Both the position numbers and the translations under genes were made by a program. From an uncultured Desulfosarcina sp. (GTDB lineage: Bacteria; Desulfobacterota; Desulfobacteria; Desulfobacterales; Desulfosarcinaceae), in contig CAXXWQ010000003.1 of the NCBI GenBank assembly GCA_963674945.2, positions 192,001 to 256,000 of the forward strand: a stretch of 64,000 bases of DNA. The letters run 5' to 3'. The notes under the pieces were generated by a model that searched no databases, was not told the DNA's origin, and was given only the letters and a program-made list of their open reading frames with translations. Numbering within the stretch: the stretch's first letter is position 1; each line of letters opens with the position of its first letter. Below, one piece after another: positions 22,153 through 32,000 of the stretch.

Positions 22153-22725
22153 TTACAAAGCCATCAGCCTCCCGGTCTTACGGTAAAAGTGAAGGCCGAT
22201 CAGTCCTGACTTTTTGATCTGGTTGGCCGCTTCGAAGGATTCGATGGATTTGATCTCATCGTCATGGAAGCCGGGAACGGCTACCACCGGAGAGATGTAT
22301 TGTTCGGGAGGATTTTTTAATTCGGCACAGTGAAGATCCGTCGTCGTCAGAATGCCGAGCAGGGTATAGCGGCTGGGAGCTTCGGCCAAAAGGGCCATGA
22401 TCGACGGATCACATCGAAGCTTGTTTAGGAAAAGATCCAAGGGATTGCGTGTCCAGCGGATGGAAAAAATCCAGCGGCTCAGTTTCTCGGAATATCCGGT
22501 AAGTTGCCATTTTTCGATCCGCCGGTTGTTGATAACCGCCACGGCGGAAAACTCACAGGACCGCCCCTTGGAAATGGTAGTGTTGCGATTGTAACTCAGA
22601 TACTTCAGATTTTGGGTCTTTTCCGGCATACCGCCGATTACCAGCACGTCCTTTAACAACACGACATTTGGCGTCACCACCCGGTGAACCGCTTGAATAA
22701 GATCATCAATGTAATTGTTGCCCAT
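22153..22725 (-). CDS. Hypothetical protein
   Basis: 190 aa ORF with a GGGAGG RBS that fills the gap between ftsY and xth; no motif recognised. Confidence 0.6.
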   Translation of the reverse strand: MGNNYIDDLIQAVHRVVTPNVVLLKDVLVIGGMPEKTQNLKYLSYNRNTTISKGRSCEFSAVAVINNRRIEKWQLTGYSEKLSRWIFSIRWTRNPLDLFLNKLRCDPSIMALLAEAPSRYTLLGILTTTDLHCAELKNPPEQYISPVVAVPGFHDDEIKSIESFEAANQIKKSGLIGLHFYRKTGRLMAL

Positions 22726-22953
22726 CCCGGCATCCTCCCCGACGCGACCCGTTTCACGTTTGATTCTATTTTCAAGCAGGTTATGACGATGCTTTCGGTG
22801 TAGCCAAGAGAGGGGAGCGTTCGTATAATTCGGCCACAGGCACGGGACACACAGCAGTCCGAAGACATGATCAAACGCCTACACACCTTACTTGACATTT
22901 CATCCCGCCATTCGTCAACCGCTTTTTTCAGGGGCGAAAACCGTGGGTAAAAA

Positions 22954-23742
22954 CTATATTTCCAGGATTACCCCCACCGGACAATGATCCGACCCGAATA
23001 TGTCATTATCGATCAGCGCCTGCTTCACACACCCATTTTGGACGATATCATCGGAAACGAAAAAGTAGTCGATACGCCAGCCGGCGTTGTTCTTCCGGGC
23101 GTTGAAACGATAGGACCACCAGGAGTATTTGACCGTATCGGGATAGAGGTGGCGAAAGGTATCCACATATCCCATGTCGACGATTCGGTCGAGCCATTTT
23201 CGTTCGACGGGCAAGAAACCGGAGCGTTTTGAATTGGGTCCGGGATTCTTCAGATCGATCTCGTTGTGAGCCGTATTGAAATCACCGGAGATCACCAGGC
23301 TTTTTCCCTGCTTGCGCAAATTTTCGGCATAATCGAAAAATGCCCGATAAAAATCCAACTTGTACTGGAGACGTTCGTCGCTCATCTGACCATTGGGGAA
23401 GTAGACGACAAACAAGGTGAAGGCGTCGAATTCCATCTCGATGATTCGGCCCTCGTCGTCAAACCGGGAAATGCCGATGCCGTGGCGTACCGCCCTGGGA
23501 GTCAGTCGCGAATAGGCGGCCACCCCGCTGTAGCCCTTTTTCACCGATGCGAAGGAAAAGGCGGACGTGTAATCATCAATGGTCTTCATGGCGTCAGTCA
23601 GCTGATTCTCCTGAAGCTTTGTTTCCTGAAGTCCAACGATATCCGCATCCAACCGGCGGATGGATGCCAGAAAATCTTTTTTCATGACGGCGCGGTAACC
23701 ATTGACATTCCAGGAGATCAGCTTGATGGTCTGTTTGGGCAT
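22954..23742 (-). CDS. xth: Exodeoxyribonuclease III (AP endonuclease)
   Basis: SWNVNG, LQETK, GDFN, WWSYR, WRIDY and SDHCP. Confidence 0.96.
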   Translation of the reverse strand: MPKQTIKLISWNVNGYRAVMKKDFLASIRRLDADIVGLQETKLQENQLTDAMKTIDDYTSAFSFASVKKGYSGVAAYSRLTPRAVRHGIGISRFDDEGRIIEMEFDAFTLFVVYFPNGQMSDERLQYKLDFYRAFFDYAENLRKQGKSLVISGDFNTAHNEIDLKNPGPNSKRSGFLPVERKWLDRIVDMGYVDTFRHLYPDTVKYSWWSYRFNARKNNAGWRIDYFFVSDDIVQNGCVKQALIDNDIFGSDHCPVGVILEI

Positions 23743-23774
23743 CTTTGATTACTCCTTGTGCGTTTGCACTGCTG

Positions 23775-24446
23775 TCATCGATGACGTTCCACCCCTATTT
23801 TCGGACACATATCGGCCACCGGACAACGGCTGCAAAATGGGGAGATGGGGCGACACAGCACCTGGCCGAAAGCCACGAGCAGTTCATTGTATCGTACCCA
23901 GTGTCGCTCGGGCAGTTTTTTCCGAAGGGCCATTTCCGTCTTGTCCGGCGTCTTCGTCTTCACATAGCCGATGCGGTTGCTGATCCGATGGACATGGGTA
24001 TCCACGCAGATCGCCGGAATCTTGAATCCCTCCACGAGGACCAGGTTGGCGGTTTTCCGCCCCACGCCGGGCAGGGCCGTGAGTTCTTCCATGGTATGGG
24101 GCACCCGACCGTCATATTGATCCAACAATATGTGGCAAATTTCCAGCAGCCGCTTGGCCTTGGTGGGGTAAAATCCCACCGGATAGATCAATTTTTCGAT
24201 TTTCCCGGGCGAAAGTTTCACCATTTCTTCCGGGGTGCAGGCGACGGAGAGCAGCCGTCGGGCCGCCACGCTGGTCACTTCGTCCTTGGTGCGCAGCGAC
24301 AATATGGTGGAAACCAGCACCTCGAAGGGGGTCGCCCCACGGTTGGCGATGAAGGTGATGATGGGCGGGTTCCACTTCCGGTAGTTTGCTTCGATGGCGG
24401 CAACGAAGCGGTCGATATCGAGGGTACACTTTTTGGGCATGGGCAT
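23775..24446 (-). CDS. nth: Endonuclease III (HhH-GPD DNA glycosylase/AP lyase)
   Basis: LPGVGRKTAN helix-hairpin-helix, VDTHV and C-x6-C-x2-C-x5-C Fe-S motif. Confidence 0.95.
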   Translation of the reverse strand: MPMPKKCTLDIDRFVAAIEANYRKWNPPIITFIANRGATPFEVLVSTILSLRTKDEVTSVAARRLLSVACTPEEMVKLSPGKIEKLIYPVGFYPTKAKRLLEICHILLDQYDGRVPHTMEELTALPGVGRKTANLVLVEGFKIPAICVDTHVHRISNRIGYVKTKTPDKTEMALRKKLPERHWVRYNELLVAFGQVLCRPISPFCSRCPVADMCPKIGVERHR

Positions 24447-24536
24447 CGGATTCCGTTATTTTCTCCACTTTCAATCGATGGTTTCATACACCGGCTGGCG
24501 GTTCGGGTAAATGATTCTTTTCATCCCATATCGATT

Positions 24537-24596
24537 TGTAAAGTTATAAAAAAATATAAAACTTTACATTGACATTTACATTATAGCTTCTATAAT
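24537..24596 (+). promoter_or_regulatory. lexA promoter with candidate operator repeats
   Basis: TTGACA (24569-74)-16 nt-TATAAT (24591-96); palindrome TGTAAAGTT-N14-AACTTTACA and direct repeat TTTACATT-GACA-TTTACATT over the -35 box. Confidence 0.7.
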
Positions 24597-24635
24597 AAAA
24601 AATACGCTTGTGATTTTTGAAGGAAGAAAGATTTT

Positions 24636-25256
24636 ATGTCCACCCGACTGACACCCGGACAGCGGCGACTCTTCGACTATTTCAAGACCGCCGTCGAACG
24701 GACCGGAAGCATTCCCACCTTACGCCAGGCGGCGAGTGATTTGGGCGTCAGCCACGCGGCCGTGTCTCAGGGGTTGAAGCTCTTGGAGCAAAAGGGAGCG
24801 GTCAAGCGCCAGGGGCGATACAGCCGCACCCTTCACCTGCTCACCCCGGTCGGCGAAACGCTGGCGGCCCAAAGGTGGGTGGAAGTCCCGGTGGTAGGCC
24901 GGGTCACGGCGGGGCTCCCCCTATATGCCCAGCAGGAGTGGGAAGGCAGCCTGGTAATCGATGGCAACCTGTACCACGGTCAGAATTTGTTCGCCCTTCG
25001 GGTGAAGGGAGACTCCATGAAAGGGGCCGGCATCCTGGACGGCGACATGGCCGTGTGCACGCCCCGTCAGTACGCCGAAAACGGAGAAATCGTCGTGGTA
25101 CTGATCAACGAAGAAGAAGCCACGGTGAAACGATTCTTTCTCCACGGCGACCATGTGGAATTGCGACCCGAAAACCCCGATTACCCGGTCATGCGGTACG
25201 GCTTCGACGAGGTGTTGGTGCAGGGGCGGGTCATCGGAATCCAACGGGTACTGTAA
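24636..25256 (+). CDS. lexA: SOS repressor LexA
   Basis: N-terminal winged HTH, Ala-Gly cleavage site VTAGLP, catalytic Ser in GDSM and Lys in TVKR. Confidence 0.92.
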   Translation: MSTRLTPGQRRLFDYFKTAVERTGSIPTLRQAASDLGVSHAAVSQGLKLLEQKGAVKRQGRYSRTLHLLTPVGETLAAQRWVEVPVVGRVTAGLPLYAQQEWEGSLVIDGNLYHGQNLFALRVKGDSMKGAGILDGDMAVCTPRQYAENGEIVVVLINEEEATVKRFFLHGDHVELRPENPDYPVMRYGFDEVLVQGRVIGIQRVL

Positions 25257-25358
25257 ATTTCCCGACAATGCCTGTGGACTGCGTTATCGGTCGTCGCGGT
25301 ATAACCACATACAGCTTCCTCCCTCTGGCCTTGCCACAGACATTGCCGGGAAATTTAC
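25253..25358. mobile_element. 106 bp MITE-like element with 25 bp terminal inverted repeats
   Basis: GTAAATTTCCCGACAATGCCTGTGG ... CCACAGACATTGCCGGGAAATTTAC (23/25 match); contains the lexA TAA stop. Confidence 0.55.
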
Positions 25359-25495
25359 CGGATGAAACGAATGAATGTCTCCCGCAAGCGAACGGGAGAT
25401 TAGATTCAAAACTGTGCAGTCAGCAAATGACATTTAGCTAAAAGCGAATTGCGAATCGCTATTCCCAGGAAACACTACCGCAACCGATAAGAACC

Positions 25496-26335
25496 ATGAC
25501 AACCACGGACAACAACGATCACAACCCCCGAATATTGGTAGGAACCTGCGGATATGCCTACAGCGAATGGGTGGATGCCGGCTTCTATCCGCCGGGGACA
25601 GGTACCGCCCGGATGCTGGCACACTATGCCCGAGTCTTTCCGGTCACCGAAATCAACTACACCTGGTACCAGATGCCCAAGGCGACGGCCATGGATCGCA
25701 TGCGCCGCCGGGCACCGGAAGGATTTCGCTTTGCCACCAAACTCACCCGCACCCTGACCCACGAGGTGGATCCCGGCGGATGGCCCTCCCAGGCCACCCG
25801 CTACCGGGAAGGCATCGCCCCCTTGATGCAATCCGGCCAGCTGTTGGCCGTGCTGATTCAACTCCCCCCCTCTTTCCGACGCAGTCCCGAAAACCGGCGG
25901 TACCTGGCACGCCTCCTGGATGCCCTGGACAGCCTGCCCCTGGCCGTCGAATTTCGACACGCATCCTGGGCCGTAGATAAGGTGTTCGAGGGCCTTCGGC
26001 AGCGCCGTGTCGCCCTGGCCTGTGTAGACGCGCCGGACCTGCCGGACCTGTTCCCGTCCCTGGACGTAGTCACCTGCCCGGATCTGTTCTACATTCGCTT
26101 TCACGGCCGCAATACCAAAGGATGGCGGTCTGGCAGCATGCAGCATCAGTTCGACTACGATTACAATTACGAGGAATTGGCCCAATGGTCCCGATCGCGC
26201 ATTCCCCGCATGGCCGAAGAGGCGAATACCGGCATCATCTTTTTCAACAACCACGTCCGGGGCCAGGCGCCGAAGAATGCACGGATGTTGGTGGAACAGT
26301 TAACCGAAGGACGAAAGACGAGGGATGAGGGATGA
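25496..26335 (+). CDS. DUF72 (YecE-like) protein
   Basis: VGTCGYAY, EINYTWY, LIQLPPSF, AVEFRH, YIRFHGRN, DYDY and FFNNH are typical DUF72 blocks. Confidence 0.9.
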   Translation: MTTTDNNDHNPRILVGTCGYAYSEWVDAGFYPPGTGTARMLAHYARVFPVTEINYTWYQMPKATAMDRMRRRAPEGFRFATKLTRTLTHEVDPGGWPSQATRYREGIAPLMQSGQLLAVLIQLPPSFRRSPENRRYLARLLDALDSLPLAVEFRHASWAVDKVFEGLRQRRVALACVDAPDLPDLFPSLDVVTCPDLFYIRFHGRNTKGWRSGSMQHQFDYDYNYEELAQWSRSRIPRMAEEANTGIIFFNNHVRGQAPKNARMLVEQLTEGRKTRDEG

Positions 26336-26358
26336 AATGAAAACTGATAAATCAATAT

Positions 26359-26432
26359 TTATCAGAATGTTAAGTGGTTACGTTGTAAGTGTTAAGTGAA
26401 TGAATTCTATCGATTGTAGCGGGTAGGAACCC
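26359..26432. repeat. Left arm of a ~74 bp inverted repeat bracketing imuB-ROK
   Basis: Reverse complement of 28976-29049; perfect 21 bp core AATGAATTCTATCGATTGTAG (26399-26419); GTTAAGT heptamers. Confidence 0.8.
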
Positions 26433-26765
26433 GACATTTGATCGCCCTACAGTCGAACCCCATCGGCTATAGGATATTGTTTTGAGGCTATGGGGAAAAA
26501 CTCAACTTCTGGGATTCATTCCAAACGGAGTGAGCAGGATGATTTGATGACGTTTTGCGCTGTCTGAGCCACTTCGGAGGCCGAGCATCAGCGCCTGGGA
26601 AAGTATATTGTTGATGATAATGTTCCTGAAAACGAAATTGTATCGTAAATGTTTGGACTGCGCTGATGTCCGGCATCCTTGGGGGCGAGTTCGCAAGTCG
26701 TCATCAAATTATTCTGTTCGCTGAAACACAAAAAACATTATCCTGAAATCACAACCACCAGAGAA

Positions 26766-27965
26766 ATGGACCGTGCCATCATTCACATCAACGTCGCCGA
26801 TTTCGCCGTGGCCGTGGAGCGGGTGCTGGACCGCCGCCTCGTGGACCGACCGGTGATCGTCGCCTCACGGGGAGCCGCCCGGGCCGCGGTCTACGACATG
26901 AGCGAGGAGGCCTTTCAAGCCGGCGTGAGAAAGAACATGCTCCTGGACCGGGCCCGGAGACGGTGCCGGGACGCCCGGGTGCTCACCCCCCGTCCGGATC
27001 GCTACGGCCAGGCCATGGTCCGGATGTGCAACGCCGCCCTGCCCTGCTCTCCCCTCGTGGAACCGGGAGACGGCGACGGGCACCTGTTCGTGGATGTAAC
27101 CGGCAGCAACCGTCTGCTGGGACCGCCGGTGGACGTTGCCTGGCGGCTGAGCCAACGGATTCGACAGGACCTGGGCTTTGCACCCATCTGGTCGGTGGCC
27201 ACCAGCAAATTGATCGCCAAGACCGCCACGCGCCTGGTCAAGCCCCTTGGCGAATACATCGTGGAACCCGGTGACGAGGCGGCCTTTCTGGCTCCCCTGC
27301 CCCTTTTTCTGGTGCCCGGTATCGAGCCGGCCGAACTGACACGACTAAAAGAATTCAACGTAACACGGGTGTCCCAGGCCACAATGCTGACGAATAACCA
27401 GATGCGGCTCCTCTTGGGGCCACGGGGGGCTTTTATCCACGATTGCCTTCGCGGAATCGATCCGTCACCCGTTCGCCCGGTCCATCGGCCGCCGCCGCGG
27501 ATCATCCAGCACCGGGAATTTGACACCGACACCAATGACCGCCCTCATGTGCTGGCAACCCTTTACCAATTGGTGGAGCAAGCCGGCCGTCGGTTGCGCC
27601 GGCAAGGCATGGCCGCCGGGCGAATCGCCCTGGTGGCGGAACACTCCGACGGCGTTCGAAGACCCCGCCAAGTCAAGGCGCAGCCGGCTATTGCCGACGA
27701 CACCACCCTTTTCGCCCATGCCCGTCGGGTGCTGGATCTGGCATGGACCCGGCGAACCCGAATCCGTCGCATTACCCTGACCCTCGACCGGCTGACCCGC
27801 CCACCGACCCAGCAACTCCTGTTCACCTCCGAACGCCGCCAGGCCATGCGGCAGGAACGGTTGATGGCGACCATGGATCGAATTCGCAACCGATTTGGCA
27901 ATACGGCCTTGAAAGTGGGCCGAACGATGTCCAATACAGAGGAAAAAGCAATGGTGAAATCATGA
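26766..27965 (+). CDS. imuB: ImuB-like, probably catalytically inactive Y-family polymerase
   Basis: DinB-like N-terminus IIHINVADF with the catalytic Asp replaced by Asn, no SIDE motif, and clamp-binding-like QQLLF; lies upstream of dnaE2. Confidence 0.8.
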   Translation: MDRAIIHINVADFAVAVERVLDRRLVDRPVIVASRGAARAAVYDMSEEAFQAGVRKNMLLDRARRRCRDARVLTPRPDRYGQAMVRMCNAALPCSPLVEPGDGDGHLFVDVTGSNRLLGPPVDVAWRLSQRIRQDLGFAPIWSVATSKLIAKTATRLVKPLGEYIVEPGDEAAFLAPLPLFLVPGIEPAELTRLKEFNVTRVSQATMLTNNQMRLLLGPRGAFIHDCLRGIDPSPVRPVHRPPPRIIQHREFDTDTNDRPHVLATLYQLVEQAGRRLRRQGMAAGRIALVAEHSDGVRRPRQVKAQPAIADDTTLFAHARRVLDLAWTRRTRIRRITLTLDRLTRPPTQQLLFTSERRQAMRQERLMATMDRIRNRFGNTALKVGRTMSNTEEKAMVKS

Positions 27966-28885
27966 ACACGGCAAGTCCCCAACACACGTATCGCCTGGGC
28001 ATCGACCTCGGCGGTACCAAGATCGAGACCATTTTGCTGGATCCCGCCGGCCATACCCTGCTGCGAGATCGCATGGCCACACCCCGCGATTCCCACGGTC
28101 CCATCGAATACGCGAACATCCGAGATGCCGTCGCCACATTGATACGGGACACACTGGAAAACGTATCCAAAAACGACACCTGTACCATCGGCGTGGGCAT
28201 CCCAGGCACCATCAACGACCGGACCGGTCGGGTCCAAAACGCCAACACCACCGGCCTCATCGGTCATCGGTTCCAAGAGGATCTGGAAAAGATCCTCCAT
28301 CGTCCCGTTGCCATGGAAAACGACGCCAACTGCTTTACCCTGGCCGAAGCCACGCAGGGTTCGGCCAAGGGGTATTATCTGGTGTTCGGCATCATCCTCG
28401 GCACCGGCTGTGGCGGCGGCATCAGCATCGGCGGCCGGATTCACACCGGCAGGCATCGCATCGGCGGTGAGTGGGGGCATTTTTCCGTGGATCCTGACGG
28501 TGCCCGTTGCTACTGCGGTAACCGGGGATGCGTGGAGACCAAGATCAGCGGTGGTGGTGTGGAGCGTTCCTTTTACGAGCGGACTGGTCGTCGGGTCTCC
28601 TTCAAGCAGATCCTCGACGGATATCACCACGGCGATTCCCTCTGCACCGCCGTTTTCGAACAATTTTTGGACGACTTCGGCCGCTGCCTGGGGGGACTGA
28701 TCTCCGTTCTGGATCCCGATGCGGTGGTGTTGGGAGGCGGGGTCTCGAACATCGACGAACTTTACACCCTCGGCATCGAACGGGTACGGCGCTACGCCTT
28801 TCACGAACGGGTGGAAACCCCCATCTTGCGACACCAGCTGGGCGACTCGGCCGGCGTCATCGGCGCCGCCTGGATCGGGAAATGA
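27962..28885 (+). CDS. ROK family sugar kinase (Mak/fructokinase-like)
   Basis: GIDLGGTKIE, ENDAN, GTGCGGG, GEWGH and CYCGNRGCVE zinc motif; no HTH; ATG overlaps the imuB stop (ATGA). Confidence 0.9.
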   Translation: MNTASPQHTYRLGIDLGGTKIETILLDPAGHTLLRDRMATPRDSHGPIEYANIRDAVATLIRDTLENVSKNDTCTIGVGIPGTINDRTGRVQNANTTGLIGHRFQEDLEKILHRPVAMENDANCFTLAEATQGSAKGYYLVFGIILGTGCGGGISIGGRIHTGRHRIGGEWGHFSVDPDGARCYCGNRGCVETKISGGGVERSFYERTGRRVSFKQILDGYHHGDSLCTAVFEQFLDDFGRCLGGLISVLDPDAVVLGGGVSNIDELYTLGIERVRRYAFHERVETPILRHQLGDSAGVIGAAWIGK

Positions 28886-28898
28886 GGATATGATGCAT

Positions 28899-28947
28899 GA
28901 ACGTCGAACATCGAACGTCCAACTTCGAACATCGAATATGGAATATT
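28899..28947 (+). repeat. Degenerate heptamer tandem repeat (GAACRTC) x7
   Basis: gaacgtc|gaacatc|gaacgtc|caacttc|gaacatc|gaatatg|gaatatt. Confidence 0.8.
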
Positions 28948-28975
28948 ATCAATCAGATGTTTATAAACGCATCAT

Positions 28976-29049
28976 GAGTTCCCGTCCACTACAATCGATA
29001 GAATTCATTAACTTAACACTTAACGCTTAACCACTTAATACTTTGATAA
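28976..29049. repeat. Right arm of the ~74 bp inverted repeat
   Basis: CTACAATCGATAGAATTCATT (28989-29009) plus ACTTAAC heptamers; reverse complement of 26359-26432. Confidence 0.8.
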
Positions 29050-29079
29050 TATAGTTTTTTACTGTGCAACTAAACTACA

Positions 29080-32000
29080 ATGCGCAAAGCCCCCCCATTC
29101 GTCCCCCTCGCCGTAAGCTCCCACTACTCCCTCATGCGGGGCACGGACTCGCCGGCGGCCATCTGCCGGGCGGCCAAACAGATGGGATACGACCGCCTGG
29201 CCCTGACCGACACGGACAACATCTATGGTTTGTGGACGTTTCTGCATGCCTGTCGGGAGGAGGAACTCACCCCCATCGTCGGGGCGCGGATCACCGACCC
29301 GAAGAGAAAATACGATGCCGTCTGTCTCGTCAAAAATGATAGGGGATATGCCAACTTGTGCCGGTTGATCACCCGGCGGCACAGGGATCCGGCCTTCGAC
29401 CTGTCAAACACCCTACCCGGTCTGGCCGATGGCCTGCTGGTGCTCACCGCCGATGCCGGGCAGTTGAACCGATGGCGCCGTGCCGGCGTTCACACGGCGG
29501 CGGCCCTGCCCAGGCGCCCCCTATCGCCGTTTCACCCCCTGGTACAGACGGCCCGGCAGTTGAAAATCCCCCTGGTGGCCACCCCGGACAGCTTCTTTCT
29601 GGATTCGGACGGCTTCATTGTCCATCGCCTGTTGCGGGCCATCGCCGGCAACACGACCCTCTCCCGACTCGACGACCATGACACGGTCTCCCCGGACAGC
29701 AGACTGGCAACGCCCGACGAATATCGCCAACGATTCGCTCCATTTCCCGAAGCCGTGGCCAACACCTTCGCCATGGCCGACGAATTGGCCTTCACCGGAC
29801 CGGATTTCGGTCTGGTCATGCCGCCGTGGGAAGAAAAGCAGGGGTGCGACGCCGATGCCTGCCTGCGCCAGGCAGCCTATACCGGTGCACGGAAGCGATA
29901 TGGCCATGAACTGGGCGAGGCGGTGGTGCAGCGAATGGAGCATGAATTGTCCATCATCGCCCGCATGGGATTTTCCGCCTATTTTCTGGTGGTGCAACAG
30001 ATCGTTCGCAAGAGCCCGCGCACCTGCGGCCGGGGGTCGGCTGCCGCATCCCTGGTCGCCTATTGCCTGGGCATCACCAACGTCTGCCCCATCAAACACA
30101 ATCTCTATTTCGGCCGATTCCTCAACCCCGGACGAAGCGACCCGCCGGACATCGACGTGGATTTTGCCTGGGACGAGCGGGACGCGGTCATCGCCAGCGT
30201 ATTGAAACGCTTTGCCGGCCGCTGCGCCATGGTGGCCAGCCACATACTGCTCCAGCCGCGCATGGCCCTGCGGGAAACGGCCAAGGTTTTCGGCATGCCC
30301 GATGGCGAAATCGGCAAGATCACCCGGCGCCTGCCCTGGTTCTGGCGCCGGGGGGAACTGGACACGGGACTGCTGGACAGTCTGCGGCGCCGCCCGGAGA
30401 CCCGTCACCTGGATTTCGCCCATCCATGGCCCCGGATCATGGCCCTGGCACAGAAAATTATCGGCAACCCCCGCCACCTGTCCGTCCACCCCGGAGGCGT
30501 GGTGATCACCCCTTCGGCCATCGACGGATACGTTCCCCTGGAAGACGCGCCCAAGGAAGTGCCCATCATCCAATGGGACAAGGACGGAACCGAAGATGCC
30601 GGCCTGGTAAAGATCGATCTGTTGGGCAATCGCAGCATCGGGGTAATCCGGGACGCACTGGCCAACCTGCGGGCCAACGGACTTGCCATGGATGAGATCC
30701 ACTGGGAGCCCGAAGACGACCCGGAGACTCAGAAGGCCGTGGCACAGGGGCGCACCATGGGCTGTTTTTACATCGAGAGCCCTGCCATGCGGCTGCTTCA
30801 CCAGAAAGCCGGCAAGGGGGACTTCGATCACCTGATCATTCACTCTTCGATCATCCGGCCGGCGGCCAACGTCTACATCCAGGAGTACCTGCGCCGCCTC
30901 CACGGCGGTGGATGGGCCCCCATCCACCCGCTGCTGTCCGATGTCCTGGACGAAACCTTCGGCATCATGGTCTACCAGGAGGACGTCTCCCGGGCGGCCG
31001 TGGCCCTGGCCGGTTTCTCCGATGCCGAGGCCGACGGCCTGCGAAAGATCATCGCCAAGAAGGACAGAAGGCGGCAGCTGGCCGACTATCACGACCGGTT
31101 TCTGGCCGGCACGGCAGAGCGGGGCGTCTTGCCGGATCAGGCCCATGCCGTGTGGCAGATGATGACGAGCTTTTCCGGATACTCCTTTTGCAAGCCCCAC
31201 AGCGCATCCTACGCCCGGGTCTCCTTCCAGGCGGCCTATCTGAAAACCCACCATCCGGCCGAATTCATGGCCGGGGTAATCAGCAACCGGGGCGGATTCT
31301 ATTCCACCTTCGCCTATGTTTCCGAGGCGCGGCGAATGGGGCTCTCCATCGATCCGCCGGACGTGAACGCCAGTACGATCCGTTGGACGGGAAAGGGACG
31401 GCGGCTTCGGGTGGGCCTTTCGGCAGTGGGTGGACTTTCCGGCGGCACCATGGAGAAAATCATCGAGGAACGAAAAGCAGGCTTTTTTACCGGCATCAAC
31501 GATTTTTTGGATCGGGTGGGCCCTGACGAAGACGAGGCGCGCGCCCTGATCCTTTGCGGGGCGTTGGATGCCAAGGACAAACGCCGATCACGCACCCGGA
31601 TGCTGTGGACCCTGGCCCGGTGGCAGGCCGATCCGAGGCGGACCAGAAGACAGGAATCTTTGTTCGTCGACCCGCTTTTCGATACGGACGAGATGTCGTC
31701 CCCCTTTTTCCCGCCGGCCGATGCCACCGAACGCCTCCGCCGGGAGTTCTCCGTCCTGGGTTTTCTATGTGATCGACATCCCATCACCCTGTTTGCCGAG
31801 GCCATCCGATCCGGAAAGACCGTGAAGGTCCATCGCCTCTCCAACCTGGTGGGAAGGCGGGTGCGCGTCGCCGCCTGGCTGGTCACCGGAAAGACCGTTC
31901 ACACCCGAAAGGGCGACCCCATGGAATTTCTCACCTTCGAGGACGAGACCGGCATCGTGGAGACCACATTCTTTCCGGAGGCGTACCGGCGCTTTTGCCA

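Noticed and set aside
26766..27965. Active DNA polymerase IV (dinB)
   Set aside because: The catalytic carboxylates appear to be missing, so it is called ImuB-like.
28899..29049. CRISPR array
   Set aside because: The repeats are 7 bp tandem units without unique spacers, and no cas genes are present.
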